This document shows positions 30,650 through 40,835 of a stretch of DNA of 54,631 bases, piece after piece; positions within the stretch are counted from its first letter, which is position 1, and every line of letters begins with the position of its first letter. The notes under the pieces are model-generated. The model made no database searches. It was not told where the DNA came from and saw only the letters and a program-made list of their open reading frames with translations. The DNA is taken from NCBI GenBank assembly GCA_964399085.1, contig CAYNPN010000006.1, forward strand, positions 1 through 54,631, written 5' to 3'. Origin of the DNA: Candidatus Hadarchaeota archaeon. GTDB lineage: Archaea; Hadarchaeota; Hadarchaeia; Hadarchaeales; JAGGTB01. The translations under genes were made by a program, and so were the position numbers.

Positions 30650-31304
30650 TAGGAAGGAAAAGAAGTATGCCGTTTCTGCTTCTCCTGGCCCCCATAAGGC
30701 TCAGGAATCCCTTCCCCTAGCTGTGTCTCTACGGGAGAACTTGGGTTTAGCCAAAACTAAGAGAGAAGCGGGAAAGATTTTAGGACAGGGTGAAGTTGAG
30801 GTCGACGGGAAGGTAAGAAGAGACACCGGTTTTCCGGTAGGCCTCATGGACGTGGTAAGTTTTCCTAAGACCGGTGATGCTTGGCGAGTTCTGCATGACA
30901 GGAAGGGATACCTTCAGTTCCATAAAATAGATGATGAGGAGTCAAAATATAAACTTGCGAAAATTACCGATATAGTTCCTTTCAAGGGAGGAAAATCTCA
31001 GCTTACTCTTCATGATGGGAAGAGCCTGATTGGCGATTTCACTGATTTTGAGGTCGGAGACACTGTGAAGATTACCTTACCGGATTTAGAAATAGAAAGT
31101 CACATTCCTCGTAAGGAAGGGAGCCTTGCATGGATTACTGGGGGCAGCAATGTTGGTAGGGAGGGAAGTATCAAGGAAAGTCTAGAAGTAGAAGGACCCT
31201 CCCAAAACAGCTTCATTATAGAGGCTCGAGAGGAAGAGTTTCAATCGCCCGAAAGATATGTATTTGTGATCGGAGAAGAGGAACCGGAGATTTCTTTGCC
31301 GTAA
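30585..31304 (+). CDS. rps4e: 30S ribosomal protein S4e
   Basis: KHLKRLNAP, PGPH, VDGKVR, FPVGLMDV, LHDG; GTG start after GGAGGT. Confidence 0.95.
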   Translation: MGKKGRKKHLKRLNAPKVRRVNRKEKKYAVSASPGPHKAQESLPLAVSLRENLGLAKTKREAGKILGQGEVEVDGKVRRDTGFPVGLMDVVSFPKTGDAWRVLHDRKGYLQFHKIDDEESKYKLAKITDIVPFKGGKSQLTLHDGKSLIGDFTDFEVGDTVKITLPDLEIESHIPRKEGSLAWITGGSNVGREGSIKESLEVEGPSQNSFIIEAREEEFQSPERYVFVIGEEEPEISLP

Positions 31305-31315
31305 GGTGATTATCG

Positions 31316-31822
31316 ATGAATTCTATGAAGGAGATTAGAATCGGAAAGGTCGTTCTTAATATCGGAGTCGGAGAAGGTGGCCGTGAACTTTCAAATGCCG
31401 AGGAAGTTTTGCGGGATATAGCGGATCAAAAACCAGTCAGAACCTACGCAAAGCAGACTAATCAAACTTTGGGGGTCAGACAGGGGACCCCTGTAGGTTG
31501 CAAGATGACTCTCAGAGGGGAGCGAGGCATAGAAGCCTTGGAGAGGTTATTGAAGGTAAAGGGTCACCAAATCGAGGAGTCTTCTTTTGACGGAAATGGT
31601 AATTTTTCGTTTGGGATCGAGGAGCATATTGAAATCCCGGACATGGAATATGACCCGGATGTGGGAATATATGGAATGGACGTCAGTGTAAATTTGGTTC
31701 GGCCCGGGTTCCGAATAAAAAATCGTAAAAGAAAACCTCGAAAGATTCCGGAGAGTCATCGGATTAATAAAGAAGAGGCCATTGAGTTTGTAGAAGAAGA
31801 ATTAGGAGTTCAGGTGGTTTAA
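31316..31822 (+). CDS. rpl5: 50S ribosomal protein L5
   Basis: KVVLNIGVGE, GNFSFGIEEHI, YDPDVGIYGMD. Confidence 0.97.
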   Translation: MNSMKEIRIGKVVLNIGVGEGGRELSNAEEVLRDIADQKPVRTYAKQTNQTLGVRQGTPVGCKMTLRGERGIEALERLLKVKGHQIEESSFDGNGNFSFGIEEHIEIPDMEYDPDVGIYGMDVSVNLVRPGFRIKNRKRKPRKIPESHRINKEEAIEFVEEELGVQVV

Positions 31823-31969
31823 TTGGCAGAAAAAAAGGAAGTTCATGAGGATAGGAGCTGTGAAAGATGCGGTACTAATGCAGCGGTTTTCCAGAGATTT
31901 GGCCTACACCTTTGCAGAAGATGCTTTAGAGAAATGGCCTCAAAGATGGGTTTTGAGAAGCATGAATAG
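31823..31969 (+). CDS. rps14: 30S ribosomal protein S14 (Zn-binding); not in ORF track
   Basis: Manual translation from TTG: [48 protein letters not shown]; lies between rpl5 and rps8. Confidence 0.92.
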   Translation: MAEKKEVHEDRSCERCGTNAAVFQRFGLHLCRRCFREMASKMGFEKHE

Positions 31970-31977
31970 GTGGTTAC

Positions 31978-32367
31978 ATGAGTAAAGATCCTTTATCTGA
32001 CGCATTATCGACGATAAAAAATCATGAGGAAATCAGGAAGAGGGAGGTTGCTATAAAGCCTTCTTCCAACCTCATAGGAGACGTATTGGAAGTAATGGAA
32101 GAGGAGGACTATATTGGGGGATTTGAGTTCATTGATGATGGAAGGGGTGGAAGATTCGAAGTGGAATTGATAGGGAATATAAATGATTGCGGCGTGATAA
32201 AACCGAGATTTTCGGTTAAGAAAGGAGATTTTGAGAAGTGGGAAAAAAGGTACCTCCCCGCCGCCGGATTTGGAATATTGGCTGTTTCGACTCCGAGAGG
32301 AGTAATATCCCATAAAATGGCAAAGGAAGAGGGGTTAGGCGGCCGTCTTCTAGCCTTTGTTTATTAA
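31978..32367 (+). CDS. rps8: 30S ribosomal protein S8
   Basis: [32 protein letters not shown]. Confidence 0.97.
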   Translation: MSKDPLSDALSTIKNHEEIRKREVAIKPSSNLIGDVLEVMEEEDYIGGFEFIDDGRGGRFEVELIGNINDCGVIKPRFSVKKGDFEKWEKRYLPAAGFGILAVSTPRGVISHKMAKEEGLGGRLLAFVY

Positions 32368-32470
32368 CCGGAGACTTGAATTTATTTAAGCAATTCTTCT
32401 CCAGAACTTATAAGAAAAGCTAAAAAGAAAAGACAGGAGTGAATCATTATCCGGAAAGGAGGAATCGATT

Positions 32471-33004
32471 ATGATAAACCTGGGAATGGAAGAAACCATA
32501 CAGATTCCTGAAGGAATAGATGTTAGCCTCGAGGGCAAGACTTTGAGTGTCAGCGGCTCGAATGGAGAGCTCTCTAGAAAATTCGACCCTGAGGGAGTAG
32601 AAATAGATATTGATGATGAAAAGGTTCTGGTAAAGTCAGAATCTTCAAAAAAGAGACAACGGGCGGCGGTGGGCACTGTCGTTTCCCACGTAAATAATAT
32701 GATTAAGGGCGCCCAGGAGGACTTTTCTAGTAAACTTAAGGTGGTTTATTCTCACTTCCCCATCTCTGTAAGTGTTCGGGATGGAAAGGTAAAAATCGAG
32801 AACTTTATTGGGGAGGAGAAACCCCGATATGCAGACATCGTGGGAGACACGGATGTGGAAATTAAAGGGGAGGAAATAGAGGTAAAAGGAGCCGATAAAG
32901 AAGCTGTCGGACAAACAGCTGCCAATATTGAGGAGACGGCTCATGTTAAGGGTCGCGATCCAAGGGTTTTCCAAGATGGGATTTACATAGTAAAGAGGCC
33001 GTAA
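32471..33004 (+). CDS. rpl6: 50S ribosomal protein L6
   Basis: [29 protein letters not shown]. Confidence 0.97.
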   Translation: MINLGMEETIQIPEGIDVSLEGKTLSVSGSNGELSRKFDPEGVEIDIDDEKVLVKSESSKKRQRAAVGTVVSHVNNMIKGAQEDFSSKLKVVYSHFPISVSVRDGKVKIENFIGEEKPRYADIVGDTDVEIKGEEIEVKGADKEAVGQTAANIEETAHVKGRDPRVFQDGIYIVKRP

Positions 33005-33006
33005 CC

Positions 33007-33384
33007 ATGGCAAAGAAAGAGTTCAAAAGACAAGGTTCGTCCAGACACAAGCGTGTAGGCGACAGCTGGCGGAAACCAAGGGGAGTAGACAGTAAGATGA
33101 GAAAGGAGAAGAGTGGAAAGCCCCCTTTGGTTAAAATAGGGTATAGGAAGCCCAAGTCAGAAAGGGGAATCCATCCATCCGGTTATCATGAAGTTTTAGT
33201 CCATAATCCTCAAGAGGCCGAGGAAGTGGATCCTGAAACACAGGCAATCAGGATAGCTTCCACGGTAGGGGAGAGGAAAAGAGAGGAAATCCTCGAAGTT
33301 GCTGTAGAACAGAATATTAAGGTATTGAATGCGAGTAGGAGGGATTTAAGTGGATCTGAAGATGCAGAAGAGAATAGCAGCTGA
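33007..33384 (+). CDS. rpl32e: 50S ribosomal protein L32e
   Basis: [23 protein letters not shown]. Confidence 0.96.
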   Translation: MAKKEFKRQGSSRHKRVGDSWRKPRGVDSKMRKEKSGKPPLVKIGYRKPKSERGIHPSGYHEVLVHNPQEAEEVDPETQAIRIASTVGERKREEILEVAVEQNIKVLNASRRDLSGSEDAEENSS

Positions 33385-33805
33385 CATTTTAGATGTTGGG
33401 GAGGGTAAAGTTTGGATTGACCCCGACAGAATGGCAGAAGTCTCCACCGCAATTACTAGAACTGATGTGAAACAGTTGATAGATGACGGCGCGATAGAGG
33501 CGAAATCTCGAAAATCGACGAGTAAAGCTAGGGCACGAAAACGCCAGGAACAAAAAGACAAAGGGCGTCAGAGCGGCCCCGGAAGTAGGAAAGGTGCCAA
33601 GCATGGGAGGAAATCCCAGAAAGAGGAGTGGATTGATAAAGTTCGTCCACAGCGCCGAAAGTTACGCGAGCTAAAAGAGGATGGCTCGATAAGTTCGAGT
33701 CAATATAGGGATTTGTATCGGAAAGTAAAAGGGGGAGCTTTCAGGAGTAAATCTCACCTTGAAACTTACCTGAAGGATAAAGGAATGCTGGAGGGGTCAG
33801 AATGA
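33350..33805 (+). CDS. rpl19e: 50S ribosomal protein L19e
   Basis: [28 protein letters not shown]. Confidence 0.96.
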   Translation: MDLKMQKRIAADILDVGEGKVWIDPDRMAEVSTAITRTDVKQLIDDGAIEAKSRKSTSKARARKRQEQKDKGRQSGPGSRKGAKHGRKSQKEEWIDKVRPQRRKLRELKEDGSISSSQYRDLYRKVKGGAFRSKSHLETYLKDKGMLEGSE

Positions 33806-34398
33806 CTTCAGAAGGACCGCATCAAAGAGTTGCATATCGCAGGAAGAGGGAAGGAAAAACGGACTATTATTATCGGAGAAGTCTCCTTCGCTCTGAAAAG
33901 CCTAGACTAATATCCCGAATTTCAAACCGTCATGTACGGGCTCAAGTGGCCACTCCAACCACCAAAGGCGATGAGATTTTGACCTCCGCTTTTTCCAAGG
34001 AACTTTCCGAGTGGGGCTGGAAGGGATATAAGGCGAATACGCCCGCGGCGTATCTAGTGGGTCTTCTTTGTGGTTATCGAGCCAAGGAAGAAGGAATTGA
34101 CGAAGGTATTTTGGATATTGATAAATTTATTGCCTCCCCTCAGGCAAAAGTTTTCGCTGTTTTGAAGGGCGCTCTCGCTGCCGGTTTGGATATCCCGCAC
34201 GAGGAGAGAGTATTGCCCTCTGATGCCCGATGTAGAGGAGAACACATCTCGGATTACGCTCAAAAACTAAAATCGGATGACGAGAAAAAATATCAATCTC
34301 AATTTGGAGGATATCTGAAAAATGATCTCCAGCCCGAGAGCCTTCCCGAGCATTTTAAAGACACTGAGGAAGCAATAAAAACCCAATACGGTGAATGA
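33802..34398 (+). CDS. rpl18: 50S ribosomal protein L18
   Basis: [29 protein letters not shown]. Confidence 0.96.
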   Translation: MTSEGPHQRVAYRRKREGKTDYYYRRSLLRSEKPRLISRISNRHVRAQVATPTTKGDEILTSAFSKELSEWGWKGYKANTPAAYLVGLLCGYRAKEEGIDEGILDIDKFIASPQAKVFAVLKGALAAGLDIPHEERVLPSDARCRGEHISDYAQKLKSDDEKKYQSQFGGYLKNDLQPESLPEHFKDTEEAIKTQYGE

Positions 34399-35063
34399 AA
34401 ATGGAAGAATTGGAATTAGAAGAATGGAATCCTAAGACAAAGCTGGGCAAGGAGGTTAAGGAAGGGAAAATTACTAGCCTATCCGAAGTTTTCGATAGTG
34501 GACGACGTCCCAGAGAGGTTGAGATTATAGATGTCTTGGTCCCGGACTTGGAAGATGAGATCCTGAATGTTAATTTAGTTCAACGCATGCATAGATCAGG
34601 TCGACGATTAAGTTTCAGAGTCACCGCCGCTGTGGGAAATGGAGATGGAGTTATTGGTCTAGCTCACACAAGTGGTGGAGAAGTTGCCCCTTCTATTCAG
34701 AAGGCTATAAATGCGGCCAAACTCAGAGTCATTCAGATAAAGAGAGGCTGTGGTAGCTGGGAGTGTGGGTGCGGCCGACCTCATTCACTTCCCTATGAAG
34801 TGACTGGGCAAAAGGGGAGCGTTAGAATAACGCTAAAGCCGGCCCCCCGAGGGCTGGGAATAGCTGCAGCTGAAATTCCCCAAACAGTTCTCAGGCTTGC
34901 CGGCATAGAAGATGTGTGGACCACCTCGAAGGGTAAGACTAGGACTACTATAAACTTTGCCTTAGCGACCTTTGATGCCCTAAAGAAAACGACGAAAGTA
35001 GTTACGGAAGATACTTATCCGGGCGAAGTAATTACTGGCGAGATTGGTGATGAAGGTGACTAA
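34395..35063 (+). CDS. rps5: 30S ribosomal protein S5
   Basis: [35 protein letters not shown]. Confidence 0.97.
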   Translation: MKMEELELEEWNPKTKLGKEVKEGKITSLSEVFDSGRRPREVEIIDVLVPDLEDEILNVNLVQRMHRSGRRLSFRVTAAVGNGDGVIGLAHTSGGEVAPSIQKAINAAKLRVIQIKRGCGSWECGCGRPHSLPYEVTGQKGSVRITLKPAPRGLGIAAAEIPQTVLRLAGIEDVWTTSKGKTRTTINFALATFDALKKTTKVVTEDTYPGEVITGEIGDEGD

Positions 35064-35523
35064 GCTAGCGGTAGTTAGAGTAAGAGGGAACGCTCAGATT
35101 AGAAAAAAGGTGAAGGATACCCTCCAGATGCTGCGACTTACGAAGCCCCATTATTGTACCTTAGTAGAGGATGATTCGAGCCGTAGGGGAATGCTTGATA
35201 AAGTAAAAGAAATGGTCACCTGGGGTCCAATTGAACCGGAAGTTTTGGAAAAATTGCTCAGAGAAAAAGGGGAAGTTGGGGGCGGTAAATCCATTTCCGA
35301 GGAAAGCGTTCAGGAAATTACATCATTCGATTCAGTGGGGGATTTAGCGGAGGCGATTTGTGAGGATGAATTCGGGTTGGATGAGATTAAAAAGTTTAGA
35401 AATGTTTTCCAATTGCACCCACCTAGAAAGGGTTATAAATCTCTCAATCGCGCGTTCAACCATGGTGGAGCTGTTGGGGATAGGGGTGAAGATATAAACA
35501 AACTTATTCTCCGGATGATTTAG
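35050..35523 (+). CDS. rpl30: 50S ribosomal protein L30
   Basis: [29 protein letters not shown]. Confidence 0.95.
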   Translation: MKVTKLAVVRVRGNAQIRKKVKDTLQMLRLTKPHYCTLVEDDSSRRGMLDKVKEMVTWGPIEPEVLEKLLREKGEVGGGKSISEESVQEITSFDSVGDLAEAICEDEFGLDEIKKFRNVFQLHPPRKGYKSLNRAFNHGGAVGDRGEDINKLILRMI

Positions 35524-35534
35524 AGGTGAGAGAT

Positions 35535-35981
35535 GTGTCTAGAAGAAAAAGTAAAAAATCGAGAAGTCATCGGGGCTCCCGCACTCACGGAGGGGGAAAG
35601 GGAAGAAATAGAAGACACTCAGGGAATAAGGGAGGAAAAGGTATTGCCGGAAGTCATAAACACCGATGGATGGAAATTAAGAGCACTGATCCCAAACACT
35701 TCGGAAAATACGGGTTCAAGAGGCCCCCCCAACTTCAGGAAGAAGCCGAGACAGTTAATGTAGGCGAACTCGACGAATATGTCGACGAGTTATTGGAGCA
35801 GGAGTTGGCGGAGGAAGAGGGCGATGAGATTGTGATCGATGCCTCGGATTTGAACTGCGATAAGATTCTGGGTGGAGGACAGGTCAATCATCAACTTAAG
35901 GTTTTAGCTGATGATTTCTCGCAGTCAGCACAAAGAAAGTTAGAAGAGTCCGGTGGCGAAGCTGTAAAGGGTGAAGACTGA
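35535..35981 (+). CDS. rpl15: 50S ribosomal protein L15
   Basis: RGSRTHGGG, FGKYGF, KILGGG, FSQSA. Confidence 0.95.
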   Translation: MSRRKSKKSRSHRGSRTHGGGKGRNRRHSGNKGGKGIAGSHKHRWMEIKSTDPKHFGKYGFKRPPQLQEEAETVNVGELDEYVDELLEQELAEEEGDEIVIDASDLNCDKILGGGQVNHQLKVLADDFSQSAQRKLEESGGEAVKGED

Positions 35982-37378
35982 TGGCAGAGGGTCCCGCCAA
36001 ATCAAGTCTTTACGCGTTGGAACCCCTTATTCGGAAATTTCCCGAAGTCCGGTCCCCGAAGAGACATGTTTCTTTCAAGGAAAAGCTGATGTGGTCCGGA
36101 CTAGCTATGATAATCTATTTGATCATGACCAGGATCACTCTTTATGGGATCCCATCCCAAGAGGCGGGTATATACTTTGGTCAACTTCAGTACGTTCTGG
36201 CGAGTAGGGCCGGAACAATTATGCAGTTAGGAATCGGTCCGATAGTCACCTCAGGAATTATAATGCAACTTTTGGTGGGAGCCGATCTTATCAACCTTGA
36301 CCTTCACGAAAGGAGGGACAAAGCGCTTTTCACCGGAACGCAGAAAATTTTAGCACTTATAGTGGGAGCCTTCCAGGCCTCTGCTTTCGTCTTTTCGGGT
36401 GCTCTGACGCGGGGCCCTGCAAGTTTGAGCTTAATGTTATTCTTAGTATTCCAACTTATAATCGGTGTATCGGTTGTATTGTTTTTGGATGAGCTTGTGT
36501 CCAAATATGGTTTCGGCAGTGGAATCAGTTTGTTTATTGCAGGGGGTGTTTCCATGACTGTATTTTGGCAGGCATTTAGCCCTATGTCTATTCCCCAAGG
36601 GAATGCATTTATCGGGGCGATTCCTAATTTCATCGCTTCAATTATGAGCGGCAATCCAGCCCTAATATCTACGGCCTTTTTCAGGCCAGGGGCAGCAGCT
36701 GGCATAATCGGTGTAATAGCTACCATTATAATTTTCCTCATAGTGATTTATGCGGTGAATATTAGGGTTGAAATACCACTATCTTACAGCCGATTTAAGG
36801 GTATGAGGGGCAAATACCCCATTAAATTCCTTTATGCATCCGTAATTCCCGTTATCCTCTCACAAGTAATATTTACTAATGTTTCCATACTGGCACGGGT
36901 CACGGGCATTGAGCTTCTAGGCAAGTTTGAAGGAGGAAATGTCGTCGGAGGGCTGTACTATTACCTCAGTTCACCTGCAGGATGGGAGCAGACTTTGCAG
37001 GACCCCTTGAGAGCTGTAATATACATGGTTGCTTTGGTTGTCATGTGCATGGGCTTTGCTTGGTTATGGGTAAAAATGACTAATATGGCACCCAGCGACG
37101 TCGCGGACCAGCTCAAGCGTTCGGGCATGTCTATACCCGGTTTCAGAAAGGACACCAGGGTTATGGAGAATATGTTGAAGAGATATATAACCCCCGTCAC
37201 CTTACTTGGAGGTGCCTTCGTTGGGGCATTAGCCGCCGGTGCAGACTTCCTTGGGGCTCTGGGCAGTGGAACAGGGATACTGCTCACCGTCAGCATCGTT
37301 TACCGCCTTTACAAGGAGATCGCCAAGGAACAACTCTCGGAGATGTTCCCGGCGGCCAGAAGGTTATTGGGAGAATAA
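35981..37378 (+). CDS. secY: Protein translocase subunit SecY
   Basis: LGIGPIVT, GSGISLFI, YPIKFLY, IPGFR, GTGILL. Confidence 0.97.
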   Translation: MAEGPAKSSLYALEPLIRKFPEVRSPKRHVSFKEKLMWSGLAMIIYLIMTRITLYGIPSQEAGIYFGQLQYVLASRAGTIMQLGIGPIVTSGIIMQLLVGADLINLDLHERRDKALFTGTQKILALIVGAFQASAFVFSGALTRGPASLSLMLFLVFQLIIGVSVVLFLDELVSKYGFGSGISLFIAGGVSMTVFWQAFSPMSIPQGNAFIGAIPNFIASIMSGNPALISTAFFRPGAAAGIIGVIATIIIFLIVIYAVNIRVEIPLSYSRFKGMRGKYPIKFLYASVIPVILSQVIFTNVSILARVTGIELLGKFEGGNVVGGLYYYLSSPAGWEQTLQDPLRAVIYMVALVVMCMGFAWLWVKMTNMAPSDVADQLKRSGMSIPGFRKDTRVMENMLKRYITPVTLLGGAFVGALAAGADFLGALGSGTGILLTVSIVYRLYKEIAKEQLSEMFPAARRLLGE

Positions 37379-37451
37379 TAACCCCACGATTTATAATCGG
37401 CGGCGCTTTAAATAGGAAGCTAACTATTGGATTGATGAGGGAGAAAACTAG

Positions 37452-38297
37452 ATGGAAAAGAACTTTGAGATAATTGGTATAATATGTCTCGTATCGGTTC
37501 TTCTCCTGGGATTTACTGCCAATACAGTTCGGGCAGCTCCAGATTCCGAGGACAGACAGGAAAGTTTCAGAAGTCTTGTGAATTCTGTAGACGGATTAAT
37601 TAGAACCATAAGGATGGGAAATGAGGTGACCGAAAATAGAATTGGTGCTCTCAAAAATAGATACGAAAATGTTTTACCGACTGGCGGCGGTGGAGAGGCC
37701 TACGATATAATAGAGGATATGGAACAAAACCCTTCCCAAATTACCGTGCATCAGCTAAAGACCCTTCGTCAAGCCATAATAGGGGAAGGAAAGAATGAGG
37801 GATTGGAACTATCATTTCTTTACAAACATTCCATTTTCGTTATTCTGGCCGTTTCCATGGGCCTCGCTTTCACCGTGAATATGATTAGTAGGGTGTTTGT
37901 CAATTGGGAGGAAGTTAATAAAGTCAAGGAGAAACAGTCCGAACTTCAGGATAAGGTTAAGGAAGCCAAAAAGGAGAACGATACCAAAAAAGCACGCAAA
38001 CTGGAGAAGAAGCAACAGGAATTTATGCAGGAGAACATGGGAACTTTGTTTTCTCCCATGAAGACGATGCTGATTATCATCATCCCTTTCATAATAGTCT
38101 TCAGTTTACTGAATAGCACCTACCAAGGTTGGGTCGTGGCGTGGGTTCCCTTCAAGTTCCCGTGGCTCGATATAGGCTTACCCCTCCTCAACCGCTTTTT
38201 CAAGGGATCCTTTGTCTGCTTCGGATTTTTCGGATGGTATATATTCTCCTACTTCGGCCTCTCTCAGCTACTTAGAAAGATTTTAGTTCCAAGCTGA
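37452..38297 (+). CDS. DUF106/EMC3-like (Oxa1 superfamily) insertase with N-terminal signal and extracytoplasmic domain
   Basis: C-terminal half is TM, coiled coil, MKTMLIIIIPFIIVF, then GFFGWYIFSYF; located after secY; N-terminal hydrophobic stretch ending VRA-A. Confidence 0.8.
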   Translation: MEKNFEIIGIICLVSVLLLGFTANTVRAAPDSEDRQESFRSLVNSVDGLIRTIRMGNEVTENRIGALKNRYENVLPTGGGGEAYDIIEDMEQNPSQITVHQLKTLRQAIIGEGKNEGLELSFLYKHSIFVILAVSMGLAFTVNMISRVFVNWEEVNKVKEKQSELQDKVKEAKKENDTKKARKLEKKQQEFMQENMGTLFSPMKTMLIIIIPFIIVFSLLNSTYQGWVVAWVPFKFPWLDIGLPLLNRFFKGSFVCFGFFGWYIFSYFGLSQLLRKILVPS

Positions 38298-38357
38298 AAA
38301 AGAAGCCCATCGGAATCTGAAAGTTAATAATGGAGCCTCATAAAATCGATAAGAGGT

Positions 38358-39209
38358 ATGGAAATGAAGTATGAATTGGAAGGGTCCAAACAATTAATGA
38401 TTGGTCTTCTCGTAGCTCTGGCGGTCCTAGTGGGTGCCACCGCTATTACTCTTGATTCTTGGGGAGGAGTGGAAGAGAAGAATAGGGATTACAAAAATTT
38501 ACTCAATAATATCGACCACACCATTGCCTCAATGAGATTGGGCGATGATGCATCTGGGTACCTAAACAGCGCTGAGGGCAATTATGAATCGATCGTCTCC
38601 GGAAGGACCTTTGAAAACGGTTCCGATCTTCAAGAGCTACATAAGGAAATAGAGAATACTTTTAGCTCCCTTCGCGGTGGAGGAGTAAGCATAATTGAAC
38701 TTTTTGATTTGAGATCAAATGCTTCTGAGATGGCCGTTTCACTAGGAGCTTCCATTCCTTTGGCGTTTCACTTTCCCCCCCTGATTGTTCTAATGTTTTC
38801 AATTTCACTCGCATTCCTAGCTACACTGCTTTGCAGATTGAAGGTCGATTGGGAGGAATTAACCAAGGTCAAGGATAGCTTTGATGAATGGAAAAAGAGG
38901 ATGATGGAGGCTAAGCGAAAAAAGGGAAAGAAGAAGCGGAAGCTCGAGTTGAAGGATGAGGAGAGGAGAGAAAAGCAGTTAAAGATTTGGAAAATCTCAA
39001 TCAAACAGGCGGTTTTCTACTTAGCTCCTTTCTTTCTCCTTCTGCCTTTGATCAGTTTAGTTTATGGAGAATGGATAATTGCTTGGCTCCCATTTAACTG
39101 GTTCACTTCGGGTTTCCTCAAAGCTATAGGAGTCTCTCTTGGGTCGATCGGCTGGTTTGCGTTTACTTACTTCGTCTTCGCTTGGATTTGGAGAGATATA
39201 TTAGTTTAG
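38358..39209 (+). CDS. Second DUF106/EMC3-like paralogue with N-terminal extension
   Basis: Same layout: N-terminal TM, ~105-aa soluble domain, TM-VDWEE-coiled coil-TM, AWLPF, GSIGWFAFTYF. Confidence 0.7.
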   Translation: MEMKYELEGSKQLMIGLLVALAVLVGATAITLDSWGGVEEKNRDYKNLLNNIDHTIASMRLGDDASGYLNSAEGNYESIVSGRTFENGSDLQELHKEIENTFSSLRGGGVSIIELFDLRSNASEMAVSLGASIPLAFHFPPLIVLMFSISLAFLATLLCRLKVDWEELTKVKDSFDEWKKRMMEAKRKKGKKKRKLELKDEERREKQLKIWKISIKQAVFYLAPFFLLLPLISLVYGEWIIAWLPFNWFTSGFLKAIGVSLGSIGWFAFTYFVFAWIWRDILV

Positions 39210-39251
39210 TAAAGGTGAAAGCTGTGTGTCCCCAGTCAAGGGATGATTACA

Positions 39252-39782
39252 ATGGTAAAGGTAGCAATTAGCGGACTTCACGGAACCGGTAAATCAACGG
39301 CTGCCAAGGCTTTGGCGGATAAATTTAATCTCAGATATGTCTCCGCGGGCGAGATTTTCAGGAAAATGGCGGATGAGAAGGATATGAGTCTTTCGGAGTT
39401 TTCGGATTACGTTGAGGAGCATCCTGAAATTGATAAAGAGATAGATGAGAGAACTGCCGAAGAGGCCAAGAAGGGAAATGTTCTGATAGATGCTAGATTG
39501 GCGGCTTGGATGGCAGAGGAGGCCGACATTCGGATTTTGTTGAAAGCCCCTCTTGAAGAGAGGGTCAAAAGGATTTCGGAGAGAGACGGCCGCCCCTACG
39601 AGGAGGTCAAGAAAGAGACCGTGACTAGGGAGAGAAGCGAAAAAAAGAGATATCGGGAACTTTACGGAATCGACGCCGATGATTATTCGGTTTTCGATTT
39701 AGTCCTTGACACTGATAAGTTTAGAAAAAATGAAATGATTCGCCTTTTGGAATTGGCTGTGAAAACAGTATCCAAAGGGTAA
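39252..39782 (+). CDS. cmk: Cytidylate kinase
   Basis: ISGLHGTGKST P-loop, SAGEIFR, IDKEID, RYRELYGID. Confidence 0.92.
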   Translation: MVKVAISGLHGTGKSTAAKALADKFNLRYVSAGEIFRKMADEKDMSLSEFSDYVEEHPEIDKEIDERTAEEAKKGNVLIDARLAAWMAEEADIRILLKAPLEERVKRISERDGRPYEEVKKETVTRERSEKKRYRELYGIDADDYSVFDLVLDTDKFRKNEMIRLLELAVKTVSKG

Positions 39783-39797
39783 TGATGAGGTGATACT

Positions 39798-40784
39798 TTG
39801 GGTAAACTACCGGCAGATGAGAAACGGGAAGTTCTGATAAAAGCCAGTGATTTTACCGATCCCGAGTACGGGTGCGATCCCGAGTCGAGACCTATGGAGG
39901 AACATCTTAGGCTGGGAATAATTAATTTGGATAAGGTTCAGGGCCCCACCTCTCATGAAGTCGTAAGTTGGATAAAGAGGGTCTTACGCGTTAAGAAGGC
40001 CGGCCACGGAGGCACGTTGGACCCCAAGGTAAGCGGGGTTCTTCCGGTTGCAATTGAGGATGCTACGAAACTCACACAAACGCTTCTCCCGGCCGGTAAG
40101 GAATATGTAGCTGTAATGTATCTCCACGACGATGTGGATTCAGAAGAGTTAAGAGAGACTTTGGACGAGTTCGTAGGAGAGATAACCCAAAAGCCTCCAG
40201 TCAGGGCATCCGTGAAGAGAAGACCAAGGGAGAGGAAAATTTACTATATAAATCTCCTCGAAAGGGAGAATCGGAATGTACTCCTCAAAATAGGGTGCCA
40301 AGCAGGTACTTACATCCGAAAGCTTTGTCACGATATAGGGGAGTCTTTGGGAACCGGGGCCCATATGGCGGAACTGAGAAGGACGAGGACGGGACCCTTT
40401 GAGGAAGATGAGACCCTGTCGTCCCTGCACGATCTTGCAGATGCCTTCGCTTTCTGGAAGGAGGATGACATTGAAGATCCGTTGAGGAAGGCGGTTCAAC
40501 CTGCTGAAAAAACAGTTGAACATCTTCCCAAAATTGTCGTCCGGGATGGGGCAGTTGATGCCCTCTGCAGGGGAGCAAGTTTGGCAGCCCCGGGAGTTCT
40601 ATCGGTCGAGTCGGGCATTTCGCCGGATGACCTTATAGCCGAGATGTCTCTCAAAGGAGAGTTAATTGCTCTGGCGGAGGCAAAGATGAGTTCGCAGGAG
40701 ATAATAGATGCCGAGCACGGTATAGTAGCGGAGCCTGAGAGGGTAGTAATGGAACCTGGAACTTATCCCAAAAATTGGGAATAA
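39798..40784 (+). CDS. cbf5: Pseudouridine synthase Cbf5 (TruB family) with PUA domain
   Basis: GPTSHEV, GHGGTLDPKVSG, GTYIRKLCHD, ELRRTR. Confidence 0.96.
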   Translation: MGKLPADEKREVLIKASDFTDPEYGCDPESRPMEEHLRLGIINLDKVQGPTSHEVVSWIKRVLRVKKAGHGGTLDPKVSGVLPVAIEDATKLTQTLLPAGKEYVAVMYLHDDVDSEELRETLDEFVGEITQKPPVRASVKRRPRERKIYYINLLERENRNVLLKIGCQAGTYIRKLCHDIGESLGTGAHMAELRRTRTGPFEEDETLSSLHDLADAFAFWKEDDIEDPLRKAVQPAEKTVEHLPKIVVRDGAVDALCRGASLAAPGVLSVESGISPDDLIAEMSLKGELIALAEAKMSSQEIIDAEHGIVAEPERVVMEPGTYPKNWE

Positions 40785-40835
40785 AATAGGATCCACGATT
40801 CCAGAAGATTTCCCGGAAAATTAGGAGATTAAAAT

